The notes under the pieces are model-generated. The model searched no databases, had not been told where the DNA came from, and saw nothing but the letters and a program-made list of their open reading frames with translations. From the NCBI GenBank assembly GCA_963823725.1, contig CAWGMJ010000003.1, positions 45,649 through 109,648 of the forward strand: a stretch of 64,000 nucleotides of DNA, written 5' to 3'. Shown piece by piece: positions 23,049-34,522 of this stretch (the first letter of the stretch is position 1; each line of letters starts with the position of its first letter). The DNA is from an uncultured delta proteobacterium (GTDB taxonomy: Bacteria > Desulfobacterota > Syntrophorhabdia > Syntrophorhabdales > Syntrophorhabdaceae). The translations under genes were made by a program, and so were the position numbers.

Positions 23049-23699
23049 TTATAGTATCACAAACCTTTTCACGTAATCGACGATCTCCTGAGGGTCGTCC
23101 ATTATCTTGAATATGTCAAAGTCTTCTTTCACGATCCTGCTATGGGTCAGCATCTGATCTTTCATCCATTCGATAAGTCCCCGCCAGTACGTTGAATCGT
23201 AAAGGATGACGGGAAAAGGCCTCATCTTTTTCGTCTGAATAAGCGTGATGGCCTCAAAAAACTCGTCAAGCGTGCCGAAACCGCCGGGCATGACGACATA
23301 TGCCATGGCATACTTGAGAAACATAACCTTCCTTACAAAAAAGTACCGGTAGCTCAGACGGACATTGGCGTAGGGATTAGGTTTCTGTTCAAAAGGGAGT
23401 TCTATGTTGATCCCTACCGATTTTGCCCCTCCGTCTTTAGCGCCTTTATTTGCGGCCTCCATAACGCCTCCGCCTCCGCCCGTGATGATGTTGAAGCAGT
23501 TCTTCGCAAGAAGCTTTGCAATATCATACGTTTTTTCATACAGCACCTCGCCTTTTTGCGCGCGCGCGCTGCCGAAAATGGTAACTGCCGGGTTTATATC
23601 GTTGAGGTTTTCAAAACCCTCTACGAACTCAGCCATTATATGGAACAGCCTCCAGGATTCCTTGAGGTTTATATCGTCTATGACGTACTGTTTCTCCAT
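23049..23699 (-). CDS. LOG-family (TIGR00730) nucleotide phosphoribohydrolase
   Basis: GGGGGVMEAANKGA and PGGFGTLDEFFE motifs. Confidence 0.85.
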   Translation of the reverse strand: MEKQYVIDDINLKESWRLFHIMAEFVEGFENLNDINPAVTIFGSARAQKGEVLYEKTYDIAKLLAKNCFNIITGGGGGVMEAANKGAKDGGAKSVGINIELPFEQKPNPYANVRLSYRYFFVRKVMFLKYAMAYVVMPGGFGTLDEFFEAITLIQTKKMRPFPVILYDSTYWRGLIEWMKDQMLTHSRIVKEDFDIFKIMDDPQEIVDYVKRFVIL

Positions 23700-23775
23700 C
23701 GTTTCCCCTTTTGCCTTGAGATTTTGGGCGCTGACATATATTATTTAGATAGAAATTACTTGTCAAATTAAAACT

Positions 23776-24594
23776 ATGGGCGAAATATTGATCGGAACAA
23801 GCGGCTTTTCCTTTGATGACTGGATAGGCGAAGTCTATCCGCCGCGAACAAGAAAACAGGACATGCTTCCTTATTATACAAATACGTTAGGGTTTAAGGC
23901 CCTTGAGGTGAATTATACGTATTATTCGATGCCTTCCCGCAAAACCATGGAATCCTTTGCTCGGCGGACCTCACGGGATTTTTCCTTTGTCGTGAAGGCC
24001 TATAAAGGCATTACACATTCGCTTGAGACCGATATTAAGGAGACCTGCCGGTTTTTTAGAGAGGGTATAGAACCGCTCGGTTCGAATTTGAAGGCATTGC
24101 TTTTCCAGTTTCCCTACATGTTCGTTCCGACCGATCAGAATATTGACTATATCCGGACACTGAAGGATGAATTCGCCGGTTATGAGTCGATTGTAGAATT
24201 CCGGAATGCACGATGGTTTGATGAGAGGTATTTTGATCTCTTGAAGGAGCTTTCGCTGGGATTTTGCGTTGTCGACGAACCCAAGCTCAAAGGACTTATG
24301 CCCTTTACACCTGTTTTGACCTCAACAACCGGTTATTTCCGGTTTCATGGAAGGAATAGATCATGGTTCCGGGAACCCGTCGATATTCGCTATGATTATC
24401 TATATTCCGAGAAGGAATTGAAAGCGTTTGTGCAACCTATTGCAGATGTTGCCTCCCGGGCGTCCGGTGCCACCTTTGTTTTCTTCAACAACTGCCATTC
24501 TGGCAAAGCGGCCAGGAACGCTCTCATGATGATAGAGCTCCTGAAGGAAAAACCGGTGTTTGGTTCGGCAGTACAAGCCGCTCCTCATAACTAA
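23776..24594 (+). CDS. DUF72 (YecE-like) family protein
   Basis: ILIGTSGFSFDDWIGEVYP...LEVNYTYYSMP...FVVKAYKGITH pattern. Confidence 0.8.
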   Translation: MGEILIGTSGFSFDDWIGEVYPPRTRKQDMLPYYTNTLGFKALEVNYTYYSMPSRKTMESFARRTSRDFSFVVKAYKGITHSLETDIKETCRFFREGIEPLGSNLKALLFQFPYMFVPTDQNIDYIRTLKDEFAGYESIVEFRNARWFDERYFDLLKELSLGFCVVDEPKLKGLMPFTPVLTSTTGYFRFHGRNRSWFREPVDIRYDYLYSEKELKAFVQPIADVASRASGATFVFFNNCHSGKAARNALMMIELLKEKPVFGSAVQAAPHN

Positions 24595-24684
24595 TCTGTA
24601 TTAACGGGTTGAATTTTTCTCGCCCTGGCGAAGTCAATCGAGGCCGGGGTTTGCAATATTACAAATTCCAGGAGATAAGGCGCG

Positions 24685-26044
24685 ATGAATACTGAAATAT
24701 TCAGGGAATATGACATCAGGGGAGATGTTGAGCGTGACCTGACGGATGACGTCGTACGGAATATAGGCAGAGCGTTCGGGTCATACATGGCATCTGCCGG
24801 AAAAAAGAAGGCATCCATCTGTCGTGACTGCCGTTTGAGTTCCGAACACTACAGGGACATCCTCGTAGAATCAATGACCGGGGCCGGCCTTGAGGTCACG
24901 GATATCGGTCTTGCGCCGACACCCCTGTTTTACTTCTCGCTCTTCACCCTGGATGTCGAAGGCGGCATCATGGTCACAGGCAGTCATAACCCGCCGACCA
25001 TGAACGGTTTCAAAGTTGCCGTCGATAAAGCGACCATTTATGGCGACCAGATACAGGACCTGCGAAAGATCATCGAAGCCGGAAAATACGTATCGGCCAA
25101 AGGATCATACAGGGAATACAGAGATATCGTAACAGGATTATTATACTTATCTCCGTTCGAACATTAGTCTTGGAAAGAATTTCAAAGTGGTTATCGATGC
25201 GGGGAACGGTACGGGCGGAGTGATAGCGGCCCCCATAATGCGGGAATTCGGCCAGAACGTCACCGAGTTATTTTGCGAAATGGACGGTCATTTTCCCAAC
25301 CATTTCCCTGACCCGACCGTAGAGGCAAATCTTGTGGCCCTTCGTGATACCATCCTCAGGGAAAAGGCCGATGTCGGGATCGGTTATGACGGCGATGCGG
25401 ACAGGATCGGTGTTGTTGACGAAAAAGGCGGTATCATCTGGGGTGATTACCTCATGCTTATTTTTGCGCGGCAGATCCTCAAGGAGCACAAGGGAGGAAC
25501 TTTTATCTCCGAAGTGAAATGTTCGAGGAATCTGTTTGACGATATAGCGAAGCGCGGCGGATAGCCCATAATGTGGAAGGCCGGCCATTCACTCATTAAG
25601 CAGAAGATGAAGGAAACCCACGCATTGATGGGCGGGGAAATGAGCGGCCACATTTTCTTTGCCGACCGTTTCTTCGGCTATGACGACGCAATATACGCGT
25701 CTTTACGGTTCCTTGAAATAATGGAGCGCGATGGCAGGCCGGTATCTGAATTTTTAGGCGACCTTCCGAGAACATACTCGACCCCGGAATTGCGCGTTGA
25801 CTGCCCGGATAATGTAAAGTTCAAAGTTGTCCGCGAATTGACCGAACTTTACCGGTCAAAATACCCTATCATTGACACGGACGGTGTCAGGGCGACCTTC
25901 GATGGCGGCTGGGGACTCGTGAGATCTTCCAATACCCAGCCGATCCTCGTTCTGCGCTTCGAGGCCGGCACGCCCGAAGGCCCTCGACCGGATAAAGAAC
26001 ATCGTCATGGAAGATCTGGAAAAGATAAAAAGGAAATAGTTTAA
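24685..26044 (+). CDS. Phosphomannomutase/phosphoglucomutase, at least 3 frame breaks
   Basis: FREYDIRG start; active-site loop VTGSHNPPTMNGFK; metal loop GIGYDGDADRIGVVD; GGEMSGHIFF. Pieces 24685-25167, 25187-25564, 25571-26044. Confidence 0.85.
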
Positions 26045-26046
26045 AT

Positions 26047-26100
26047 CGTAAGGCGTGAGGCGCATAAACTCACATTACTTTAACACCTTACGCCTTACGG
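26047..26100. repeat. Heptamer-array inverted repeat, GTAAGGC type, 'empty' (short loop)
   Basis: CGTAAGGCGTGAGGCG - 21-nt loop - CACCTTACGCCTTACGG, directly after the phosphomannomutase stop. Confidence 0.8.
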
Positions 26101-26116
26101 TCCACAGGATATTAAA

Positions 26117-27830
26117 ATGATAGACATACCCCGACACATAATGAGGCCCGGCCGATATATCGGCTGCGAGCCGAACCATACCATGAAGGACCTAAAGGAC
26201 GTCAAAGTCCGCTTCGCCCTGTGCTATCCGGATATATACGAGATCGCAATGTCATATTACGGTCTGTTCCTTCTCTATGAGATCTCGAACCTATCGACGG
26301 GGTGTGGTGTGAGCGGTGCTTTGCTCCCTGGGCCGACATGGAAGAGCATCTGCGGCAAACAGGGAGGCCTTTGACCACCCTTGAATCCAAAACCCCTCTT
26401 TCATGCAATGGACCTTGTCGGGTTTTCGGTGACATATGAGCTTAATGTCACAAATGTCCTGAACATGCTTTCCCTTGGCGGTGTGAAGATACGTTCGGAC
26501 GAGCGCCAGGGAAACCGACCCGATAGTCATCGGCGGCGGCCCCTTAATGCTCAACCCGAAACCGTACGAACGCTTTTTTGACATAATTGTAGCCGGTGAA
26601 GCGGACGAAGCCCTCGTTTCAATACTCACAATGTCCCGGGACATGGCGGGCGAAAAACGCGACAGGGTAATAACCGAGTTATCCAGGCTGGATGGTGTTT
26701 ATTCCGCCCATTCGCGGACGGTCAAAAGACTGTTCGTTCAGGACCTCGACCGGGCATTTCATCCGGTCCGGCCTCCGATACCGACCGTTGACAGCGTCCA
26801 TAACCGGCTGAATGTCGAGATATCACGCGGCTGCGGCAATGGCTGCAGATTTTGCCTGGCCGGGTTCGGCTACAGACCCTATCGCGAGCGCTCTTTTGAC
26901 GCCGTCAAGGCAGTTATCGATGAGGGACTGCATAATACAGGGTATGAAGAGATATCGCTGCTATCGTTAAGCTCGGGCGATTACGGGCATCTTTTTGACG
27001 TTCTTGACTATGCAAGAAAAGAGTATAATGGCCTGTCGGTCAGCCTGCCATCGCTCAAGATAGGCAGTATCGGGGATGATGAGATCGCGGCAATGGGCAA
27101 GATGGCGCGAACCGGTTTTACCTTCGCGCTCGAGGCGCCGACGGCGCACCTTCGCCAGCGCCTCAATAAGGATATCGATGTCGAAAATCTGGTGGCGCAG
27201 CTACCGCAGCTCAAGGCCCTCGGATGGCGCCGGTTAAAGCTTTATGTCATGGTGGGCTTCCCCTGGGAAACCGAAGACGACTTGAGCGCGATCCGTGACG
27301 TGATCGCTCCGTTTCGGGCAGCGGGCTTCGATATTAACCTGTCGGTCTCACCGTTCACTCCGAAACCTCATACCCCGTTCCAATGGCTGCCGATGGATGA
27401 CGAAAGCGTCCTCATCGAGAAGATCATGCTGATAAAAGACGTCCTGAAGAAGACGGGTGTCCGGGTTCGATATCGCGATACCTCGGTCAGCATCATCGAG
27501 GGGATTGTGGCGCGGGCGGACGAACATCTTTCATCATTGTTCGAATATCTTCACGCCCGCAATGTTCGTCTTGAGGCATGGCGGGAGTTTTTTTCATTCG
27601 AACCATACCGTGAATGGTTCGAAGCGAATTCAATTGATATGAAAAAATATACCGGCGCTCTTGATATGCATGACCGATTGGCCTGGGATGCGGTCGATAT
27701 GGGTTTTGATACGCAGTTCCTCCGGGACGAACTTAAAAAGGCCGAATCCGGCGAAATGACCGCCGATTGCCTGAACGGGTGCGCAGGGTGCGGCCTTTCG
27801 TGCAGGAAACGATGGCCTCAAGACGGATAG
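26117..27830 (+). CDS. B12-binding-domain radical SAM protein (TIGR03960-like), at least 3 frame breaks in the N-terminal third
   Basis: RPGRYIGCEPN start. CxxxCxxC cluster motif in VEISRGCGNGCRFCLAGFGYRPYRE. Confidence 0.8.
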
Positions 27831-27860
27831 GGCGATAGAGCAGAGCTGATAGGGCCGCAA

Positions 27861-28394
27861 ATGATGCGGGCATGCCCGTCAATGTCCAGCTGCCCGCCAA
27901 AGAAGATCACATTTCGCTACGGAAAGTATGGGGATGCACGGTATATCGGGCACCTTGATACTATGAGTATTCTCGTGAGGGCCATGAAGGCGTCCGGGAT
28001 ACCCATAAGGATGAAGGGAAAATATCACCCCCTTCCCAAGATAGCCCTGACGGATGCTCTTCCCGTCGGGATCGAAAGTTTCTATGAATTTATTGAGATA
28101 GAAACAGACCCCGATCTGCTGGTAGATAATGCAAGGATAAAGAATATTAACCGAAGGCTGTCGTCGGGTATAAAAATATACGAATTTATTGAAGGTTCTT
28201 TGAAAGATGTGGTAAAAGATTATCTGTTTATTTTAATTGCCGCCGAGCCCCTGGAAGGCGATTTCTCCCTGTGGAAAGAAACAGAGGACAAGCATTTTTA
28301 TGTGTGGCGTGGCAAGGGGGTTAAGCAGCTCTGGAATCAGGGAACTTTTTCCCGGATTATCAAAATAGAATCGAGACCAAATAATGGCATCTGA
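27861..28394 (+). CDS. Radical SAM-linked protein (TIGR03936/DUF2344 family)
   Basis: ITFRYGKYGDARYIGHLDTMSILVRAMKASGIP pattern. Lies between the radical SAM gene and RNase G. Confidence 0.7.
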   Translation: MMRACPSMSSCPPKKITFRYGKYGDARYIGHLDTMSILVRAMKASGIPIRMKGKYHPLPKIALTDALPVGIESFYEFIEIETDPDLLVDNARIKNINRRLSSGIKIYEFIEGSLKDVVKDYLFILIAAEPLEGDFSLWKETEDKHFYVWRGKGVKQLWNQGTFSRIIKIESRPNNGI

Positions 28395-29865
28395 GCTTGT
28401 CATAAATGTTACATACAGCGAAACGAGGATTGCTTTCCTTGAGAATGGCACTCTTGTGGAGTTCTTTATCGAGAAAAAGAACGACCGTAGCATGGTCGGC
28501 AGCATTTACAAGGGAAAAGTGGTACGGATCGTTCCCGGGATGGATGCCGCATTCATCGATGTAGGGCTTGAGAAATCTGCATTCCTCTATGTCGGCGACA
28601 TCATCCTCGACGGGATGATGTATGAAGAATTCGATAGTTCTGAATTTCATTTTGAGACAGGCGAACGAATTGAAGGTGTTCTTGAGGACGGTCAGGAAAT
28701 CATTGTCCAGGTATCACGGGAACCGATCGGGCAAAAGGGCACAAGGGTCACGTCGAAGATCACCCTGCCGGGAAGGCTGCTGGTCCTTATGCCGGGAACA
28801 GACCATATCGGTGTGTCCCGGAAGATCGAAGATGAAGAGGAGAGAAAACGCCTTGGCACAGTAATGAAGGACATATGCCCGAAAGGGTACGGGCTTATCG
28901 CGAGGACCGCATCTGAGGGTAAGAGCGCGGACGAACTTGAAACCGATCTCAATTTTTTGAGGCGTATATGGGAAAGCATACAGGAGAAGGCTAAAGGGTC
29001 ACGGGCCCCGGCAATTCTTCACCAGGAACTTGGTATCATCTTCAGGGTGATCCGGGACCTCCATTCGCACAATTTGAAAAAGGTCATCGTCGATGACGAG
29101 TTCATTTACAAAAGGCTTGAGCATTTCCTGAAAGAATACCTGCCTGAGGAAGGGTGCGAGGTTGTTTATTTCGATGAGAAAGATCCTATCTTTGAGGTCT
29201 ATGGCATCGAAATGGAGGTGGCAAAACTCCTGCAAAGAAAGATATGGCTCAAGTCCGGCGGCTATATCGTTCTCGATTATACCGAAGCGCTTACGGTGAT
29301 CGATGTAAATACCGGTCGATATCTGGGCAAGAAGGACCTCGAAGACACCATATTGAGGACAAATCTTGAAGCGGTCAAAGAGATAGCATACCAGATACGC
29401 CTTCGCAATATTGGCGGAATAATAATTGTTGATTTTATCGATATGGAGCGCAAAGAATCCCGCGAGACTGTCTTCCAGTCATTGATGGACACACTGAAAA
29501 AAGACAGGATCAAGACATTTGCATATCCCATCAGCGAACTGGGGCTTGTTCAGCTTACCCGGAAACGAACGCGTCACAATGTCGTGAACCTTCTGACCGA
29601 GACATGCCCGAACTGCGAAGGTTCGTGTTATGTAAAATCCCGTTATACCGTCTGTTATGAAGTACTCAGGGAACTTCGGAGCTCATGCAAAAAGGGAGAG
29701 GGAAGGATCTTCAATATCTATCTCTCGACCGACGTTGCAAACCTGCTCTATGAAGAAGAAAAGACCTCCCTTGAACAGATAGAATCGACATACGGAACAA
29801 AAGTAAATCTTATTGCCAATCCCAATTTTGCAATCGACAAGTTTCAGATCGAAGGAATACTCTAA
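28384..29865 (+). CDS. rng: Ribonuclease E/G family protein (RNase G-like)
   Basis: Intact 493 aa. S1 domain (GSIYKGKVVRIVPGMDAAFIDVG), catalytic region (ALTVIDVNTG...GGIIIVDFIDM), Zn-link CPNCEGSC. Confidence 0.9.
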   Translation: MASELVINVTYSETRIAFLENGTLVEFFIEKKNDRSMVGSIYKGKVVRIVPGMDAAFIDVGLEKSAFLYVGDIILDGMMYEEFDSSEFHFETGERIEGVLEDGQEIIVQVSREPIGQKGTRVTSKITLPGRLLVLMPGTDHIGVSRKIEDEEERKRLGTVMKDICPKGYGLIARTASEGKSADELETDLNFLRRIWESIQEKAKGSRAPAILHQELGIIFRVIRDLHSHNLKKVIVDDEFIYKRLEHFLKEYLPEEGCEVVYFDEKDPIFEVYGIEMEVAKLLQRKIWLKSGGYIVLDYTEALTVIDVNTGRYLGKKDLEDTILRTNLEAVKEIAYQIRLRNIGGIIIVDFIDMERKESRETVFQSLMDTLKKDRIKTFAYPISELGLVQLTRKRTRHNVVNLLTETCPNCEGSCYVKSRYTVCYEVLRELRSSCKKGEGRIFNIYLSTDVANLLYEEEKTSLEQIESTYGTKVNLIANPNFAIDKFQIEGIL

Positions 29866-29870
29866 GGGTC

Positions 29871-30731
29871 ATGAAAACGTCGGTTTTTTCTCCCGCTAAG
29901 GTTAATCTGTATTTACGGGTTTTGTCCCGGCGGCCGGACGGGTATCATGATCTGCAGAGCCTCGTCGACATTATTTCTTTGTCGGATATTATTCACATTG
30001 AGGATATCCCGGGAAACGAGATCATCCTGGATGATGACAAGGGCATCCTGCCTAAAGGAAAAGGTAATACTGTTTTCCGCGCCGTGCAGACACTTAAGGA
30101 AACAGCCGGCATCAAGCGCGGCATCCGTATATATATAGAGAAGAGGATCCCTGTCGGCAGCGGACTGGGGGGACCCAGCAGCAATGCTGCCGCTGTGTTG
30201 AAAGAATTGAACAGCCTTCTGGGGCCTTGACCTCAGCGCCGGGGAATTAAATGCGATAGGAAGCCGGATAGGCGCCGATGTGCCTCTTTTTCTTCATGGG
30301 AAGCCATGCATTATGGAAGGGATCGGCGATATCATCAATCCGGTAATTTACCGCATATGTGGTACGTCATTGTTTATCCTAATGTCAGCATATCGACAAA
30401 GGCCGTCTATGAAGGCCTTAGAATCGTGTTGACAAAGGAGCGCAATGATATTAAATTGATGGGGAATTTCAGTAATCCTGTTGCAATCGCGGGCATTCTT
30501 GAAAATGATCTTGAGCAGGTTGCAGTAAAAATGTGTCCGCACATTAAAAGCATCAAGGATGTCCTGAGAGGTACCAAAGCCCTCGGTTCGCTGATGAGCG
30601 GAAGCGGTTCATCGGTGTTCGCTATCTTCGATAATGAAGAAGATGCCCGTCTGGCATCGTTGTCGGCAATAAATGAGATGGGAACAGTCTTTATTGCACA
30701 TAGCGTACAGGGAGGGGTACACGAATGCTGA
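29871..30731 (+). CDS. ispE: 4-diphosphocytidyl-2-C-methyl-D-erythritol kinase, frame break(s) near 30230-30300
   Basis: PAKVNLYLRV start and GHMP kinase motif IPVGSGLGGPSSNAAAVL. C-terminal piece 30306-30731. Confidence 0.85.
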
Positions 30732-30991
30732 TCACGGATATAAAGATCTTCCCCGTGGATGAAAGACGTGTCAAGGCATACGCGTCAATCGTTTTTGATA
30801 ATTGTTTTATCGTGCGTGATGTAAAGGTGATCGAGGGCGACAATAAGTTTTTCGTCGCCATGCCGAGCAAGAAGATGAAGGATGGGTCTTTTCGGGATAC
30901 AGCCCATCCCTTAAATAATGTCACCCGGCAGATGATAGAAGATAGCGTTCTCGGGGCTTATAAACTGGAAGTGGCCAGTCCGCAGACATGA
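30725..30991 (+). CDS. spoVG: Septation/regulatory protein SpoVG
   Basis: [44 protein letters not shown] is diagnostic. Confidence 0.9.
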   Translation: MLITDIKIFPVDERRVKAYASIVFDNCFIVRDVKVIEGDNKFFVAMPSKKMKDGSFRDTAHPLNNVTRQMIEDSVLGAYKLEVASPQT

Positions 30992-30997
30992 AATTAT

Positions 30998-31069
30998 TGG
31001 GGTGTCGTCAAGCGGTAAGACACAGGCCTTTGGAGCCTGCATTCGGAGGTTCGAATCCTCCCGCCCCAG
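30998..31069 (+). tRNA. tRNA-Gln (anticodon UUG)
   Basis: Manual fold: acceptor TGGGGTG/CGCCCCA, anticodon stem CAGGC/GCCTG, loop CTTTGGA, T-arm GGAGG-TTCGAAT-CCTCC. Confidence 0.9.
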
Positions 31070-31095
31070 CATATATCTTCAGGAGGGTTTTGATT

Positions 31096-32032
31096 TTGGA
31101 TAAACTCAGAATATTGACTGGCAACGCAAACCCGGAATTGGCCCACAAGATCAGCGAGTATCTCGGGATCAAGCTCGCAAAAGCGCGAGTCAACCAATTC
31201 AGCGATGGCGAGATACAGGTCTCGATCGATGAAAGTGTTCGCGGGATGGACACATTTGTCGTACAATCGACGTGTCCTCCCGTCAATCACAACTTGATGG
31301 AATTGCTTATCATGATCGATGCCCTGAAGAGGGCTTCAGCCGGAAGAATAACAGTTGTCATGCCGTATTATGGCTATGCCAGGCAGGACCGTAAGGTCAT
31401 TCCGCGGACATCCATTTCGGCGCGGCTCGTCGCTAACCTTGTGACTGTGGCAGGTGCTTCGAGGATACTTGCAATGGACCTCCATGCCGGCCAGATACAG
31501 GGGTTTTTTGATATACCGGTGGACCATCTTTACGCTCTTCCCGTTCAGTTCGATTACATTAAAAAGATCGAAGGGGATATCGTCGTTGTTTCTCCCGATG
31601 CGGGCGGCGTGGAACGCGCCAGAGAATTGGGAAAGAGGATCAATGCAACCATCGCAATAATTGATAAGAGACGGGAAAAAGCAAATGAATCAAAAGTAAT
31701 GCATGTCATTGGCGATGTCAGGGGCAGGACCGCTATATTGATCGACGATATGATCGATACCGGCGGGACTATCGTGCAAGCCGCGCAGGCCCTTGTCGAT
31801 GGCGGGGCAAAAGTGGTGTATGCGTGCTGTACGCACGCCTGTACTTTCGGGCAAGGCTATCGAGCGCATCAATGCATCACCGCTCAAAGAGTTAATAGCG
31901 ACGAATACGATCCCTCTATCAGACGAGGGAAGGGAATCAAAAAAAATAAAAGTTCTGGATGTATCGCCCATTCTCGGTGAGGCAATTAAGCGCATACACA
32001 GTGATGCATCCGTAAGTTCGTTGTTTATATAG
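31096..32032 (+). CDS. prs: Ribose-phosphate pyrophosphokinase, one frame break near 31840
   Basis: TTG start 8 nt after [17 protein letters not shown]; [16 protein letters not shown]; PRPP loop [12 protein letters not shown]-terminus continues in ORF 31793-32032. Confidence 0.9.
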
Positions 32033-32046
32033 TTGGGAGGAACAGC

Positions 32047-32668
32047 ATGGAACAGGTCTTAATCAAGGCAGACAAAAGAAGTTCGAGAGGAAAGGGACGC
32101 TGCACGAAAATCGAGGGGCGCTGGACGGATACCGGCGATTCTTTACGGAACTAATATCGAACCGGTTTCGATAACCATCTCAGCACGTGACTGGGAGTAT
32201 GTTACCCGTCATATGAAAAGGAATGTTATCTTCGATATGGAGATCCAGGACGATGCGGCAGTCGACAAAAGGCCCGTAATGGTAAAGGAAATACAGCGGG
32301 ATGGCCTGGGAGTTAAAATCATGCATATTGATTTTTTCCAGGTTTCTATGGAAAAGACTGTTGAGGTCGAAGTTCCGATCCATCTCAAGGGAAAGTCCAA
32401 AGGCGAGGTCCTTGGAGGGATTGTCGACATTCATCTGAGATCAATACGGGTTGAATGTCTCCCCAACCAGATCCCGGAAGAGATCTCATTCGATATCTCA
32501 GAACTGGATATCGGTGATTCAATTCACGTCAGCGATATTTCCCTGCCGGGCGTTAAAGTGGTGGAGCATGGCGAGATAGCCATCTTAAGCCTTATACCGC
32601 CCACTGTAGAGGAAAAGAGAGGCGCTGCAGAAGTGCCGGAAGCCGCCGTAGAGGAGAAAGAGGAGTAA
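32047..32668 (+). CDS. rplY: Ribosomal protein L25/general stress protein Ctc, frame break(s) near 32095-32170
   Basis: MEQVLIKADKRSSRGKG start after GGGAGG. Body ...VMVKEIQRDGLGVKIMHIDFFQV...HLKGKSKGE, acidic tail. Confidence 0.8.
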
Positions 32669-32675
32669 CATCTCA

Positions 32676-33233
32676 TTGCATCTACTTTGCGGGCTTGGAA
32701 ATAAAGGCTCGGAATATACGTTCACACGGCATAATATCGGCTATCTCGTAATAGACCGTTTTTCAGAACTCTTCAAGATACCGGTTAAGAAGAAGGATTC
32801 GGGTTGCAGGATCGGGTTGAAAGATGACCTGATCCTTGCAAAGCCGGATACTTTTATGAACCTGTCGGGTGGCCCGGTTGCCAGGCTGGTAGATAAGACC
32901 TCGGTCCCGCCGGACTCAATTATCGTAATACATGATGACCTTGACATGGATTTCGGTAAGTTGAGGATACGGCTTGGTGGACGGGACGGGGGGCACAAAG
33001 GTGTCCGATCGATAATCGAAAGCCTGGGAACGCAGGATTTTTATCGCCTCAAGATAGGTATCGGGCGAAACCCCGCAATACCTGCTGAAGAATATGTCCT
33101 GTCCCGGTTCGAGTACGAAAAGCAGCAGGAGCTTGCAGAGATCATTGATATAGCGTGCGAGGCCCTGAATGTTTTTGTATCCGGCGGCGGCTCGAAGGCT
33201 ATGAGCATGTACAATAAACGAGGTCCGGAGTGA
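32676..33233 (+). CDS. pth: Peptidyl-tRNA hydrolase
   Basis: TTG start. LLCGLGNKGSEYTFTRHNIGY, DDLDMDFGKLRIRLGG..GGHKGVRSI. Confidence 0.9.
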   Translation: MHLLCGLGNKGSEYTFTRHNIGYLVIDRFSELFKIPVKKKDSGCRIGLKDDLILAKPDTFMNLSGGPVARLVDKTSVPPDSIIVIHDDLDMDFGKLRIRLGGRDGGHKGVRSIIESLGTQDFYRLKIGIGRNPAIPAEEYVLSRFEYEKQQELAEIIDIACEALNVFVSGGGSKAMSMYNKRGPE

Positions 33234-33243
33234 TTGCCGAACC

Positions 33244-34333
33244 ATGAGCTTCTCATGTGGTTTTGTAGGCCTGCCAAATTCAGGAAAATCAACTATTTTT
33301 AATGCGCTGACATCTCTTGCCGTTCCATGCCAGCCGTATCCCTTTTGTACGATCGACCCGAACGTGGGTGTAGTTCCCGTCCCGGACCGCACGTTGTTTC
33401 GCCTGGCCGAGCTTCTGAAGCCCGAAAAGGTGATTGAAACCACGATCCAATTTGTCGATATTGCCGGCCTTATCAAGGATGCCCACAAAGGCGAGGGTCT
33501 TGGCAACCGGTTCCTTGCCCACATCAGAAATGTCGATGCAATAGCCCACGTGATCCGGGCATTCAGTGCGGGCCAGGTGCCCCACGTATATGAGGATATC
33601 GATCCTGCCAGGGATATGGATATTGTCGAAACTGAGATAATCATCTCGGACCTGGAGATAGTTGAAGACCGCATCAAGAAGATCGAACGCCTTGCAAAGA
33701 TCTCCAAAGACAAGGGCGAAACAGAAATGGAGCTTCTCTCCCGGATAAAAAGATACCTCGATGCCGGCCGTTTCGTGGCGATGGAAGATTTTGACGAATC
33801 CGAGCGGCATATCATCCATGGCTTCGACCTGATAACAACAAAACCGCTTTTTTATATCGCCAATGTCGATGAAGACACCCTTGCCGGCATACCCGTTCCC
33901 GAGGATCGAAAACGCCGCGAATGAGCGCAACCGTGAGGTTGTCTACATATGCGGCAAACTTGAGCAGGACCTGAGCCTTCTCCCGGAAGAAGAGCGTTCC
34001 TCATACATGGAATTATATGGAATGAAGGAATTCTCGATCGAAAAGATAATCCACGTTGGCTACCAAATTTTGAACCTGATTACTTTTTACACGATCGTGG
34101 GAAAAGTAATGCGTGCCTGGACGATCCCGCGGGGAACACCCTGCGTCAAGGCGGCCGGCAAGATCCATACTGACATGGAAAAGGGATTCATACGGGCAGA
34201 GGTCATAAATATTGATGATTTCATCGCCTGCGGAAGCGAACACACGGCGCGCGAAAAAGGGATGCTGCGGCTGGAAGGGAAAGAATACATAGTACAAGAC
34301 GGAGATATCCTCCATATCCGCTTTAACGTCTGA
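33244..34333 (+). CDS. ychF: Ribosome-binding ATPase YchF, one frame break near 33900
   Basis: P-loop GFVGLPNSGKSTIFNALT; DIAGLIKDAHKGEGLGNRFL; C-terminal TGS-like piece 33863-34333 (...ITFYT..G....AWTI..GT.CV.AAG.IH.DMEKGFIRAEV). Confidence 0.9.
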
Positions 34334-34345
34334 TTACTTCCCCCG

Positions 34346-34470
34346 CGTCATTCCGGCGAAAGCCGAAAGGCACCACCAAACGTCCGCGAAAGCCAGAATT
34401 TACCACTAAACGTCATTTTGACGAAGAGACTGGGTCGCAATCCGCAATCCACGCCGTCAATCCGGGCCGG
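34346..34470. repeat. REP-like small palindrome motifs (CGTCAWTCCGGSC / CCGGCGAAAGCCG)
   Basis: Copies at 34346-34365 and 34454-34470. The same motif recurs at 36231-36476. Confidence 0.6.
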
Positions 34471-34522
34471 GAAACATGGAACAATGGTTGAAAGCTGTAT
34501 CTTTTTGGGATAGAATCCCATC

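Noticed and set aside
32916-33815. 299-aa minus-strand ORF
   Set aside because: It lies antisense to pth and ychF, which have unambiguous motifs. Its sequence is low-complexity Ser/Arg-rich, typical of a shadow ORF.
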